Assembly (NCBI GenBank): GCA_965248285.1 | Contig: CBDFJJ010000013.1 | Location: 135,272 to 199,271 of the forward strand | Length of the DNA stretch: 64,000 bases | Direction: 5' to 3' | Origin: Gemmatimonadales bacterium | Lineage (GTDB): Bacteria; Gemmatimonadota; Gemmatimonadetes; Gemmatimonadales; GWC2-71-9 | Part shown: positions 54,693 through 64,000 of the stretch, in pieces | Numbering within the stretch: the stretch's first letter is position 1 | How the letters are laid out: each line of letters starts with the position of its first letter | The notes under the pieces: model-generated | What the model was told of the DNA's origin: nothing | What the model saw: only the letters and a program-made list of their open reading frames with translations | Database searches by the model: none | Made by a program: the position numbers and the translations under genes

Positions 54693-56104
54693 GAGTTATT
54701 TTCGAAAGTTGTGGATTGGAGGAATGAGAAAGGCGGCGTATCCTTTCGTGTAGTCAGTTGAAACGTACACGAGATCCGGTTGTGACGACCGGAGAAAGGA
54801 CACGCCACCGATGTTGAGGATAATAGAGAATGCGTCTGAGAGCAAAGGGAACGGACTGTTCGCAGACCTGGACGAGCTTGCCAGAGAGGGAGCTCGGCGG
54901 ATGCTGGTGAGTGCGTTGGACGCGGAAGTGACCGAGTATGTCGAGCGATATCGGATTGAGCGAGACGGAGAGGGCCGCGCCCTGGTGGTGCGCAATGGCA
55001 AAGCCCGTCCCCGCAAGGTGACGCTGGGTGCTGGTACGGTCACGGTGACCGCGCCACGGGTGCATGACCGTCGTATGCGGGCGCAGTTCACGAGCAAGAT
55101 TTTGCCTCCCTATATGCGGCGGTCGCCGAAGGTGGCGGAGGTCTTGCCGGTGTTGTATCTGCGCGGTCTGTCGACGGGAGATTTTCGCGAGGCGTTGCCG
55201 ATCTTGTTGGGTGAGGACGCATCAGGCTTGTCCCCGACGACGATCACGCGATTGACGGCGGCGTGGGAGGGGGAATACCAGGCGTTTCGCCAGCGTGATC
55301 TGCGTGATCGGGAGTATGTGTACGTCTGGGTCGACGGGATCCACTTCAACATTCGCCTCGAGGCCGACCGGCTGTGTACGCTGGTGATGCTGGGCGCCCG
55401 GGCGGATGGGACGAAAGAGCTGATCGCGGTGGAGGACGGCTATCGGGAGAGCACGGAGAGCTGGTTGGCGGTGTTGCGCGATCTGAAGCGTCGGGGGATG
55501 CGGGCCCCGGTGCTGGCGATTGGGGATGGCGCGTTGGGGTTCTGGGCAGCGGTGCGGGAGGTGTGGCCGGCGACGCGGCAGCAGCGCGACTGGGTGCACC
55601 GGATGGCCAACGTGTTGGACAAGCTTCCGAAACGTTTGCAGCCGGCGGCGAAGCGGGTGTTGCGCGAGATGATGTATGCGGAGTCGCGTGCGGAGGCCGA
55701 GGCGCTGGTCGAGCGTTTCGCCACCGCGTATGCGGCCAAGTATCCCAAGGCGGTCGCCTCGCTCACGCGGGACCAGGAGCACCTGTACAGCCATTTTGAT
55801 TTTCCGGCCGAGCATTGGAAACATATCCGTTCGACGAACGTGATCGAGTCTGCCTTCGCGACGGTCCGGTTACGACAGCGCGTGACCAAGGGAGCGGGCT
55901 CGCGGAGCAAAGGGCTGACGATGGCGTTCAAGCTGTTGGAGATGGCGCAGCAACGTTGGCGGAAACTCAACGCTCCAGAACTTCTCCCCCTGGTGTTGGC
56001 AGGAGAACAATTCAAAGATGGTATGCAGGAAACTGACAAAGAGAACACGGATCGGAAGGTCGCCGCTTGATCACTCACCGATCCACAACATTTGACAATA
56101 CCTC
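54693..56104 (+). mobile_element. IS256-family insertion sequence, copy 2 (1412 bp)
   Basis: Sequence is identical to copy 1 as far as I can compare (all six-frame ORFs are identical). The 9-bp direct repeat GCCGGATGC lies at 54684-54692 and 56105-56113. Confidence 0.9.
54811..56070 (+). CDS. IS256-family (mutator-type) transposase
   Basis: The 419-aa ORF is identical to the one at 37302-38561. Confidence 0.9.
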   Translation: MLRIIENASESKGNGLFADLDELAREGARRMLVSALDAEVTEYVERYRIERDGEGRALVVRNGKARPRKVTLGAGTVTVTAPRVHDRRMRAQFTSKILPPYMRRSPKVAEVLPVLYLRGLSTGDFREALPILLGEDASGLSPTTITRLTAAWEGEYQAFRQRDLRDREYVYVWVDGIHFNIRLEADRLCTLVMLGARADGTKELIAVEDGYRESTESWLAVLRDLKRRGMRAPVLAIGDGALGFWAAVREVWPATRQQRDWVHRMANVLDKLPKRLQPAAKRVLREMMYAESRAEAEALVERFATAYAAKYPKAVASLTRDQEHLYSHFDFPAEHWKHIRSTNVIESAFATVRLRQRVTKGAGSRSKGLTMAFKLLEMAQQRWRKLNAPELLPLVLAGEQFKDGMQETDKENTDRKVAA

Positions 56105-57210
56105 GCCGGATGCTCGGGATCCTCCTGCAGCCAAGCACCGGCGTGCCCCGAGCGGTCCAGCGTGAACACGCCGTGGAGCCCGTCACCCTGGGTGATCTGC
56201 ATCGGCTCGCCACCGTCGGCGGTAATGGTGTAGATGTGTCGATTGACCCGATGGTCCGCGAAGAAGATCAGATTGGCGCCGTCGACGGACCACCGATAGT
56301 CGCGGATGTATCCGTCGAAGTTCGGCGCGAGCACACGGGGCTCACCCTCGCCGGACACCGCGCGAATGTGAATGCGTGACGGTCCGGACACCGGATTGCC
56401 GTCGGTTGCGCGAAGATAGGCCAGCCACTTGCTGTCGGGGCTCCAGCGAGGGCTGCTCTCGATGTAGCCGTTCTGCGTCAACCATCTGAGCTCCCCACCC
56501 GCGGCAGGCATGACGGCGACCTCTTGCTCCAAGAGATCGGTGATCCCCGTGCTGGGCCGGATGGTCAGCGCGAGCGTCATTCCGTCCGGCGAGAGCTTTG
56601 CTTCGCCGACATGGTAGTCGCCCTCGCTGATCTGCTCGACCGCTTTCGTTTCCAGATTCAAGCGCCAGACGTGAGCGTAAGGCATATCCTCATCGACGAC
56701 GATCACCGGCTTGGCTTTCTCTTCGTCCGACGCGTCATCGTCCGGATCCGGCACCGGTGCGAGGAAAAAGATCGATTCGCCATCGGGACTCCACTGGAAA
56801 GTGCTGATCGCCGTCCCATGGTTGGTAAGCTGCCGAGCCTCACCGCCATCTACCGGCAGCAAGTAAATCTGGGGACGCTCGTCGCGCACGGAGACGAACG
56901 CGATGGATCGGCCGTCGGGACTCCAGCGAGGCACCGCATCGCGCTTGGGCTGATGGGTGAGGCGCCGCAGACTCCGATCGCTCGTTCGCACCAGATAGAG
57001 ATCCTGGTTGAAGCTGTCATTCGCCTTGTCCCATTCGCGCACGACAAAGACGACGTGCTCACGGTCAGGCGAGATACGCGGATCGCTGGCGACCCTGATG
57101 CCGACGACATCTTCGTAGGTCATCGGTCGGGGGGAGCCGGTGTCTTGGGCCGACAGCGGCGCCACGGCCCAGAGGAGCGCAAGAACGATGACAGGGGTGC
57201 GGACGAGCAT
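56105..57210 (-). pseudogene. S9 peptidase, N-terminal (beta-propeller) half
   Basis: ATG at 57210 (GGAG upstream) gives the signal peptide MLVRTPVIVLALLWAVAPLSAQ. Propeller-like repeats follow (SPDGRSIAF, SPDGESIFF, SPDGMTLAL, SPDSKWLAY). The frame ends ...LQEDPEHPA at the IS junction. Confidence 0.85.
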
Positions 57211-57331
57211 GGTGAATCTCCGGAGATTCGTGGTGGAAGTGTGTCGACTACGCGAATGGGGTTTCAGAATCTTAACAAAAATGTTTTTCCGGCCTCGGGC
57301 GACGAAGAGCCATCCCACCCTACCCCAGGAT

Positions 57332-57509
57332 AGCCACGGAAACCACGGAAACCACGGAAACCCCGCCCCACACCCGGACTGTGGTTCTCTTCCCCCAACC
57401 TCCCGCCGGATTCCTTCCTGCGCGTTGGCCATCCACATGGTGGGGAGGTGGGGAACCCCAAATTCAGGGAGGGGGGCGGGGGTCCGTGGATTCCGTGGAT
57501 TCCGTGGCT
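57332..57509. repeat. Family-1 palindromic element (copy f)
   Basis: AGCCACGGAAACCACGGAAACCACGGAAACCCCGCCCC ... GGGGGCGGGGGTCCGTGGATTCCGTGGATTCCGTGGCT lies 35 bp downstream of the CocE stop at 57545. Confidence 0.85.
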
Positions 57510-57544
57510 ATTCAAATCGCAGCTACGAGCGCCACTCCCCCCTA

Positions 57545-59413
57545 TCACGAGCCGCTAGCAGGGCGATCAGTGACCGGAATGATCGGCAACGTAATAAAGG
57601 AACCATGCCGTCGGTTCCGATGCACCCGCACCGCGGGCGCCGGCGACAACCGCGGCGTGAGGTTGTTGTCCGCGTCGGCACCGGTAATCGTAATCCGAAC
57701 CCGGTGGCCCGCGTTGAAGATGTTCGACGTGGGATGGAGATCGAAGACGAGCTCGACGGGTGCGTCCGGCAGTTCTGCGACATCTGCTTCAAAGCTTCGG
57801 TGATATGGCAAACCGAGATTGTCAAACGGGGCATCACCCAAACCGCGATGCGACGCTCGGAGTACACCTTCCGTCACATAGTTCGATCTCCCCGCGGCGT
57901 CTATCTCTTCCAAGTAAACGAAGAAATCCGCGTCACTTGCGGTTGCGGTCACCCACAGATGCACGACCGGGTGTCCGGTCACCTCCACGTCGGCCTCCAG
58001 CGGTGGGCTGGTATAGGTCAGACCCTTCGTGTCGTTCTCCGTCAGGTCCGGATAACCGGCCGGGCCGCCGTGAGTGTTGATCCATCGGTTCGCGAGCCCC
58101 ATCGTGGCCGAGTAGTCGACAACGTACTCGTCATACCCATCCCTGGCGTTGGGCTCGGCGCGACCCAGTGCACCGTCGTTGGCTGACGCCACCGTCCCCG
58201 TCCGTCCTTCGGCGAAATAGAAGTTCGTTCGTTGTTCCTCCGGCAGTGGCCATTCCCAAGCCGACCGCCACTCCTCGCCGGCGGGTGCCCCCATGACCCA
58301 ATAATGAATGGGCGCCTCGTCCATGATGCCGTTGTCCACATCCTTCAGCCAGTAGTCGTACCACCGAAGATGCTCGGCGGCCAAGTCCAGTGGCTCCCAT
58401 TCGGTGTGAAACCACGGACCGATCACCATTTTTTGTGGGTTCGAGAGGTTGTTGAACCAGAGAAGCTGATCCCGCGGGAAGGCATCGAACCAGCCCGCCA
58501 TGTTGTAGATCGCGACCTTGGAGTTCTCGATGCCGTCCGAGTAGGTCCATGGACTCCGTTCGAGGTGGGTCATCTCCTTAGTGAGGAGGTCGACGCTATT
58601 TCGGAACGCGAGAGGCGCAAAGATCTCCACCATGTCCCGATTCCCAACATGAACCCGCTGTGCCTCGCGCACCATGCGGCCGTCGGTGTCGGCGTCGACC
58701 GGGGCCACCGGCGCCCCCCGGTCGGCAGTCTTGGTCCCGAAGTTCCAGGCGGAGATGAACTCGCTCCGATAGATCCCGCCCGGAAAGATGAACGGATACC
58801 AGTCGAACGACGCCATCTCCGGGAAGATCGCCTTCAGATGAGGGGGCCGCTCGCTGGCTGCGAAGTACTGCGTGATTGCCAGATAGGATCGGCCGTACAT
58901 CCCGATATTCCCGCTCGACCACGGCTGCGCGGCGAGCCACTCGGTGACGTCATACGCGTCACGGGCTTCCTCGCGAGCGAAGAACCCCTGCTGCGTCCCG
59001 AACGACGCTCCACCGCCGCGGGTGTCAACCGCAGACACGATGTACCCGTGGAGAAGCACTTCCTTGAGCCACGTGGTGTAGGGCCAGTCCAAGATGCTGA
59101 CTACGCTGTCGCCCACGACCGAAGCTCTGACGTAGCGATGGTGGGTCCAGATCACCGGAAGTGGCGTGGAATGCAGCACACCGTTCCGCGTCGGCCGAAT
59201 GATATCTACCGCGAGCCTGGTCCCGTCTCTCGCCTTCACGTATTGGGACGAACGGGCCCAACCGTCGTAGGCCGGTGTGGAATAGCCGTCGTATTCGCCG
59301 AGCCGGGAGACTTTGCCCGTGGTTTGCTGGGCAAGTGCGCTCGAGACGGAAACGAAGCTCAGTAACAGCCCGAGCATCACGGACCACCGGGTGTATTGCG
59401 AGAGTGGCTTCAC
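57545..59413 (-). CDS. CocE/NonD family hydrolase, tandem paralogue 1
   Basis: GTG at 59413 lies 5 nt after GAGGAGG and gives the signal peptide (M)KPLSQYTRWSVMLGLLLSFVSVSSALAQQ. The nucleophile motif is GRSYLA. The ORF-track start at 59479 is an extension. Confidence 0.8.
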   Translation of the reverse strand: MKPLSQYTRWSVMLGLLLSFVSVSSALAQQTTGKVSRLGEYDGYSTPAYDGWARSSQYVKARDGTRLAVDIIRPTRNGVLHSTPLPVIWTHHRYVRASVVGDSVVSILDWPYTTWLKEVLLHGYIVSAVDTRGGGASFGTQQGFFAREEARDAYDVTEWLAAQPWSSGNIGMYGRSYLAITQYFAASERPPHLKAIFPEMASFDWYPFIFPGGIYRSEFISAWNFGTKTADRGAPVAPVDADTDGRMVREAQRVHVGNRDMVEIFAPLAFRNSVDLLTKEMTHLERSPWTYSDGIENSKVAIYNMAGWFDAFPRDQLLWFNNLSNPQKMVIGPWFHTEWEPLDLAAEHLRWYDYWLKDVDNGIMDEAPIHYWVMGAPAGEEWRSAWEWPLPEEQRTNFYFAEGRTGTVASANDGALGRAEPNARDGYDEYVVDYSATMGLANRWINTHGGPAGYPDLTENDTKGLTYTSPPLEADVEVTGHPVVHLWVTATASDADFFVYLEEIDAAGRSNYVTEGVLRASHRGLGDAPFDNLGLPYHRSFEADVAELPDAPVELVFDLHPTSNIFNAGHRVRITITGADADNNLTPRLSPAPAVRVHRNRRHGSFITLPIIPVTDRPASGS

Positions 59414-59508
59414 GGAACCCTCCTCATGATTGGAAGATCGGACCGGCCGGGAACATCGGTAACAAGTATCCGACAACATGGATCACACACATTCTTTCCA
59501 ACCCCCAT

Positions 59509-61380
59509 TTATCGCGAGCGACGAGCAGGCCGATCGGTGGCCGGAATGATCGGAAGAGTGACGAAGGAACCGTGCTGGCGGTTCCGATGCACCCGCACCG
59601 CGGGCGCCGGCGTCAACCGCGGCGTGAGGGTGTTGTCGGCGTCGGCACCGGTAATCGTAATCCGAATCCGGTGGCCCGCGTCGAAGATGTTCGACGTGGG
59701 AAAGAGATCGAGAACGAGCTCGGCTGGTGCGTCCGGCAGTGCTGCGACATCTGCTTCAAAGCTTCGGTGATACGGCAAACCGAAATTGTCAAACGGGGCA
59801 TCAGCCAAACTGCGATGCGACGCCCGGAGTACACCTTCCGTCACATAGTTCGATCTCCCCGCGGCGTCGATCTCCTCCAAGTAGACGAAGAAATCCGCAT
59901 CACTTGCGGTTGCGGTCACCCACAGATGAACGACGGGGTGTCCGGTCACCTCCACATCGGCCGCTAGCGGTGGGCTGGTATAGGTAAGACCCTTCGCATC
60001 GTTCTCCGTCAGGTCCGGGTAACCGGTCGGGCCACCGTGAGCGTTGATCCATCGGTTCGCGAGCCCCATCGTGGCCGAGTAGTCGACCACGTACTCGTCA
60101 TACCCGTCCCCGGTGGTGGGCTCAGCGCGACCCAGCACGCCGTCGTTGGCTGACGCCACCGTCCCGGTCGGTCCGTCGGCGAAATAGAATTTCGTTCGTT
60201 GTTGCTCTGGCAGTGGCCATTGCCAAGCCGACCGCCACTCCTCACCGGCGGGTGCCCCCATGACCCAATAATGAATGGGCGCCTCGTCCATGATGCCGTT
60301 GTCCACATCCTTCAACCAGTAGTCATACCACCGAAGATGCTCGGCGGCCATGTCCAGTGGCTCCCATTCCGTGTGAAACCACGGACCGATCACGATTTTT
60401 TGTGGGTTCGAGAGGTTGTTGAACCCCAGCAGCTGATCCCGCGGGTGGGGATCGAACCAACCCGTCATGTGATAGATCGCGACCTTGGAGTTCTCGATGC
60501 CGTCCGCGTAGGTCCACGGACTTCGCTCGAGGTGGATCATTTTGCCGGTGAGGAGGTCGACGCTATTTCGAAACGCGAGAGGCGCAAAGATCTCCACCAT
60601 GTCCCGATTCCCAACGTGAACCCGCTGTGCCTCGCGCAGCATGCGGCCGTCGACGTCGCTGTCGACGGGGGCCACCGGCCCCCCCCGGTCGGCCCTCTTG
60701 GTTCCGAAGTTCCACGCGGAGACGAACTCGCTCCGGTAGACCCCGCCCGGAAAGAAGAACGGATACCACTCGAGCGGCGACATCTCCGGGAAGATCGCCT
60801 TCAGATGAGGAGGGCGCTCGCTGGCTGCGAAGTACTGCGTGATCCCGAGGTACGAGCGACCGTACATCCCGATGTTCCCGGTCGACCACGGCTGCGCGGC
60901 GAGCCACTCGGTAATGTCATACGCGTCGCGGGCTTCCTCGCGACCGAAGAACCCCTGCTGGGTCCCGAATGACGCTCCACCGCCGCGCGTGTCAACCGCA
61001 GACACGACGTACCCGTGGAGAATCACTTCCTTGAGCCACGTGGTATAGGGCCAGTCCAAGATGCTGCTTACACTATCCCCCAGGACCGTGGCTCTCATGT
61101 AGCGATGGTGGGTCCAGATCACCGGGAGTGGCATGGAATGCAGCACACCGTTCCGCGTCGGCCGAATGACATCCACCGCGAGCCTGGTCCCGTCGCTTGT
61201 CGTCACGTATCGGGACGAACGGACCCAGCCGTCGTACGCTGGTGTGGAATACCCGGCGTATTCGCCGACCCGGGAAACTTTGCCCGGGGTTTGCTGGGCA
61301 TATGCGCTCGAGACGGAAACGAGGCTCAGAGTCAGCCCGAGCATCACGGAGCGCCGCGTGGATAGCGAGCGTTGCCTCAC
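59509..61380 (-). CDS. CocE/NonD family hydrolase, tandem paralogue 2
   Basis: GTG at 61380 lies 5 nt after GAGGAGG and gives (M)RQRSLSTRRSVMLGLTLSLVSVSSAYAQQ. The protein is colinear with paralogue 1 throughout. Confidence 0.8.
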   Translation of the reverse strand: MRQRSLSTRRSVMLGLTLSLVSVSSAYAQQTPGKVSRVGEYAGYSTPAYDGWVRSSRYVTTSDGTRLAVDVIRPTRNGVLHSMPLPVIWTHHRYMRATVLGDSVSSILDWPYTTWLKEVILHGYVVSAVDTRGGGASFGTQQGFFGREEARDAYDITEWLAAQPWSTGNIGMYGRSYLGITQYFAASERPPHLKAIFPEMSPLEWYPFFFPGGVYRSEFVSAWNFGTKRADRGGPVAPVDSDVDGRMLREAQRVHVGNRDMVEIFAPLAFRNSVDLLTGKMIHLERSPWTYADGIENSKVAIYHMTGWFDPHPRDQLLGFNNLSNPQKIVIGPWFHTEWEPLDMAAEHLRWYDYWLKDVDNGIMDEAPIHYWVMGAPAGEEWRSAWQWPLPEQQRTKFYFADGPTGTVASANDGVLGRAEPTTGDGYDEYVVDYSATMGLANRWINAHGGPTGYPDLTENDAKGLTYTSPPLAADVEVTGHPVVHLWVTATASDADFFVYLEEIDAAGRSNYVTEGVLRASHRSLADAPFDNFGLPYHRSFEADVAALPDAPAELVLDLFPTSNIFDAGHRIRITITGADADNTLTPRLTPAPAVRVHRNRQHGSFVTLPIIPATDRPARRSR

Positions 61381-61558
61381 GGAACCCTCCTCATCATGGG
61401 AAGATCCGTCCTGCGAGTGGGTCATGAGACTTAAGATGCGGCGCGAGACGGGGCTTGGGGAGTCCCGCCCTGAAGGGCGCGCTCGGCCGAGAACCGTGTC
61501 CTGAAGGACGCCACGCCGCTCACCGCAATTATCGACCCGGTTGTGGTGTTGCACGGCA

Positions 61559-61588
61559 TTGACTTTGTATCACAAAGTACTTTATACT
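61559..61588 (+). promoter_or_regulatory. Putative promoter of the membrane-protein gene at 61615
   Basis: TTGACT (61559-61564), an 18-nt spacer, then TATACT (61583-61588). Confidence 0.4.
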
Positions 61589-61614
61589 GTAGAGATCCCC
61601 AACCGGCGGTATCC

Positions 61615-63099
61615 ATGAGCCTGTCAACCGAGCGTGGCCTCGGCATCCTAGGGCTGGCTGCCCTCCTCGGCGTCCTCGGCGATGCCCTCCTCAGGGCCAC
61701 ACCGTGGGGCGTCAATCTCCCGCTGTGGATGGGGGTGGCGGCAGCCGCCGGCTGGGCCCTCGTCCCCGGCCGACCGAACGGCCGCAGTCCCATCACGGGT
61801 TGGCCCCTTCTTGCCGTGATGTTTTTTGCCCTCTGCTTTGCCTGGCGGGACTCGAGCTTCCTCCATTTCTGGAATCGGGTCGCGATTCTCAGTGCACTCT
61901 CCCTCCCCGCGCTGCAATCGCACGGCGTTCGGCTTCGCCTCGCTCGCATCACCGACTACGCCATGGGGCTCGCCGCCAGCGGCGCGAACGCCGCCGTCGG
62001 GGCATTGATGTTGACAGCCGACGATGTCCACTGGCACGTGATGACCTGGCACGGCCGACAGGCAAGAGCCGCCGCGGTCGGTGTGGCCCTGGCCGTTCCC
62101 GTGCTCTTGGTGTTCGGTGGCCTGTTGATGTCGGCAGACCCGGGCTTCGAGCGGATGGTGCGATCGTTGGTGGACTGGGACTTCTCAACCATCGCGTCAC
62201 ATGTTCTCCTGACCGGATTCATCGCGTGGACCTCGGCCGGGTATCTGCGCACGCTCGCCACAGCGAAGGACCCGGTTCTCAAACTCGGAAACGCGGCACT
62301 CACCAAAGCTCCCCGTAAACCGGAGCTGGGCATCGTCGAGCTGGGAATCCCCCTGGGAGCGTTGAGCGTGATCTTCCTGGCGTTCGTGGGCCTGCAGGCC
62401 CGCTACCTGTTCGGTGGCGAGTCCGTGATTCTCGAAACGGCGGGCCTCACCTACGCCGAGTACGCCCGCGGCGGTTTTTTCGAGCTGGTCACGGCCTCCA
62501 CGCTCCTGTTGCCGGTGCTCCTTGGCACGGAGTGGTTACTGGACAAGAGCAACCTGCGGAATGTGATGCGCTTCCGGGCGCTTTCGGCGACGCTGCTGGT
62601 GCTCATCGGCTTGATGATGTTGTCGGCGGTCCAGCGCATGCGGCTCTACATGGACGCGTACGGTTTGACGCAAGACCGCTTCTACGCCATGGCCTTCATG
62701 ATCTGGATCGGCGTGGTGCTGGCACTCTTCGGCGCCACGGTGCTGCGGGGGATGCGCAACCGATTTGCGTTTGGGGCGGTGACGACGGGGTTTGTGACGC
62801 TGGCGGTCCTCAACATCATGAACCCGGAAGCGGTTATCATGCGCACCAATCTGGCGCGCGCCGATGCGGGAGCGGAATTGGATCTGGAGTACGCCGCGCG
62901 GTTGCACGCGGATGCGATCCCCGAGTTGATCGCCCGAGCCCCCGCGTCGCTCACCGAAGAGCAGTGTGACGTCTTCCGGCAAGCCATCGATCGCTGGGCA
63001 CAGCGGGAAGCGGCCGATTGGCGGACTTGGAACCTCAGTCGCGCGAAGGCTCGTCGCGCGGTAATGTTGGGAGGAGGCAAACCTTTCCCGAGCTGCTAA
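61615..63099 (+). CDS. Polytopic membrane protein (DUF4153/DUF4173-like, tentative)
   Basis: ATG at 61615 begins MSLSTERGLGILGLAALLGVLGDALLRATPWGVNLPLW. About 10 or more hydrophobic helices are followed by a soluble tail LDLEYAARLHADAIPELI. Confidence 0.6.
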   Translation: MSLSTERGLGILGLAALLGVLGDALLRATPWGVNLPLWMGVAAAAGWALVPGRPNGRSPITGWPLLAVMFFALCFAWRDSSFLHFWNRVAILSALSLPALQSHGVRLRLARITDYAMGLAASGANAAVGALMLTADDVHWHVMTWHGRQARAAAVGVALAVPVLLVFGGLLMSADPGFERMVRSLVDWDFSTIASHVLLTGFIAWTSAGYLRTLATAKDPVLKLGNAALTKAPRKPELGIVELGIPLGALSVIFLAFVGLQARYLFGGESVILETAGLTYAEYARGGFFELVTASTLLLPVLLGTEWLLDKSNLRNVMRFRALSATLLVLIGLMMLSAVQRMRLYMDAYGLTQDRFYAMAFMIWIGVVLALFGATVLRGMRNRFAFGAVTTGFVTLAVLNIMNPEAVIMRTNLARADAGAELDLEYAARLHADAIPELIARAPASLTEEQCDVFRQAIDRWAQREAADWRTWNLSRAKARRAVMLGGGKPFPSC

Positions 63100-63139
63100 C
63101 CCGGGCGAGAGGCTTCAGACCCACGCTGAGGAAAAGAAA

Positions 63140-64000
63140 ATGCGACTTCCGGACTCGTCTCACCCGCGGACGGCACGCATAGCTCTGAACGTCACTCTTG
63201 CCATACTGCTGATCTCGACACCGCTCCTCAGCCAGGAGATTGGATTCGAGAACGCGCGTCTAGTGGATCCTGCCACACGTGAGATCCACGAAGGCGCGAT
63301 CCTCGTGAGGAACGGGGTGATCGTGGCGGTGGAATCGGCATTGCCCTCTGGTTTCGCCGGAACGCGAGTGGACCTCGAAGGGCGGTGGGTCATTCCTGGC
63401 CTGGTCGACATGCACACGCATTCCTTCGGAAACGGGGGGCCGGGCGGTCCACCTCAGATGATGGGCGTGGGCGGAGTGGCACGAGTTGCTCTGTACGCCG
63501 GCGTCGTGGCCTTCTTGGACCTGTTCAGTCCGGAGGACCAGATCTTGCAATTTCGGGATTCCCAACGTGCGGCGCGCGATGTCGGCGCGGCGGTGTTTGC
63601 AGCCGGCCCGTGTCTCACCGCCACGAGCGGCCACTGTTCGGAGTACGGCGTACCCACTCGGATCGTCGATTCCCCGGAAGATGCCGACCGCGAGATCGAT
63701 GCCCTCGCGCTCAAGAAACCGGACGTGGTGAAATTGGTGTACGATCACCAAACTTATGGCGGCAGGAGCATGCCGACCGTGAACCAGGAAACACTGAACG
63801 CAGTAGTCGCCTCGGCGACCCGCCACGGTTTCAAGACCGTCGTGCACGTGGGGACGTGGGATGACCTACGGCACGCCGTACTCGCTGGAGCAGCGGCGGT
63901 AACTCACACGCCCGGATCTGGCCCCATGCCGGCCGACCTCCCACGCCTCATGGCGGAGAGAGGAACCGCGCACATTCCCACGCTCGCAGTGCAGAGCGAT
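63140..64000 (+). CDS. Amidohydrolase-family protein (metal-dependent hydrolase), 3' end beyond the window
   Basis: ATG at 63140 follows GAGGAAAAG and encodes a signal/anchor, then VIPGLVDMHTHS (H-x-H metal motif). The frame stays open to 64000. It is absent from the ORF track because there is no stop in the window. Confidence 0.7.
   Translation, partial: MRLPDSSHPRTARIALNVTLAILLISTPLLSQEIGFENARLVDPATREIHEGAILVRNGVIVAVESALPSGFAGTRVDLEGRWVIPGLVDMHTHSFGNGGPGGPPQMMGVGGVARVALYAGVVAFLDLFSPEDQILQFRDSQRAARDVGAAVFAAGPCLTATSGHCSEYGVPTRIVDSPEDADREIDALALKKPDVVKLVYDHQTYGGRSMPTVNQETLNAVVASATRHGFKTVVHVGTWDDLRHAVLAGAAAVTHTPGSGPMPADLPRLMAERGTAHIPTLAVQSD

Noticed and set aside
37184-56104. The two IS256 copies as ends of a composite transposon
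   Set aside because: Each copy has its own matching 9-bp duplication (GGTACGAAA versus GCCGGATGC), so they inserted independently. The outer flanks do not share a duplication.
58232-60972. 377-aa and 257-aa plus-strand ORFs inside the tandem CocE genes
   Set aside because: They are antisense artefacts that appear twice only because the underlying genes are paralogous.
1-64000. Retron, diversity-generating retroelement, prophage, tRNA/rRNA, or a named defence system (CBASS, Gabija, BREX and others)
   Set aside because: I saw no reverse transcriptase, integrase, phage structural genes, T-loop-containing tRNA-like sequences or signature domains. The repeats do not show adenine-specific variation.

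Overview
High-GC bacterial chromosomal segment (not computed; hand-counted lines in backbone genes are mostly above 60 % G+C). Gene content fits a soil or sediment heterotroph such as Gemmatimonadota or Acidobacteriota, but the taxon cannot be determined from this window. About 45 protein-coding genes are supportable. BACKBONE: mostly predicted exported hydrolases. These are four CocE/NonD (S15) hydrolases (one with a polytopic N-terminus, two in tandem), two class-C beta-lactamase-fold serine hydrolases, other alpha/beta hydrolases, an S9 peptidase now split by an IS, a sulfatase, a creatininase-fold protein and an amidohydrolase. Also present are two acyl-CoA synthetases, a TAXI-TRAP transporter, a CPA2 antiporter with TrkA domains, and an aminotransferase / cyclase / IorA / IorB cluster. 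ACCESSORY LAYER: a frameshifted IS110-family transposase gene, two identical IS256-family copies with different 9-bp target duplications, one IS5-family element, three PIN(VapC) toxin-antitoxin loci, a DUF4143-type AAA ATPase and several gene relics. NOT FOUND: rRNA, tRNA, CRISPR array, integrase, reverse transcriptase or any named defence system. I cannot point to one clear-cut novel system. BEST CANDIDATES FOR NOVELTY: (1) three families of intergenic repeats that share a GCCACGGA(A/T) core, namely hairpin elements of about 45-185 bp placed just after stop codons, a triplicated 100-bp leader module, and spacer-less arrays with a roughly 39-bp unit that partition an accessory island; (2) a secreted three-gene module comprising a creatininase-fold protein with altered metal ligands, an Ig-like protein, and a cytochrome c fused to a PHM-like two-copper monooxygenase domain; (3) PIN toxin loci with an extra downstream gene; (4) three genes whose conserved N-termini lie upstream of any ATG/GTG/TTG (two CTGA start/stop overlaps and one ATC start behind a perfect AGGAGG). 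All family assignments rest on motifs I recognised by eye; no database search was run.
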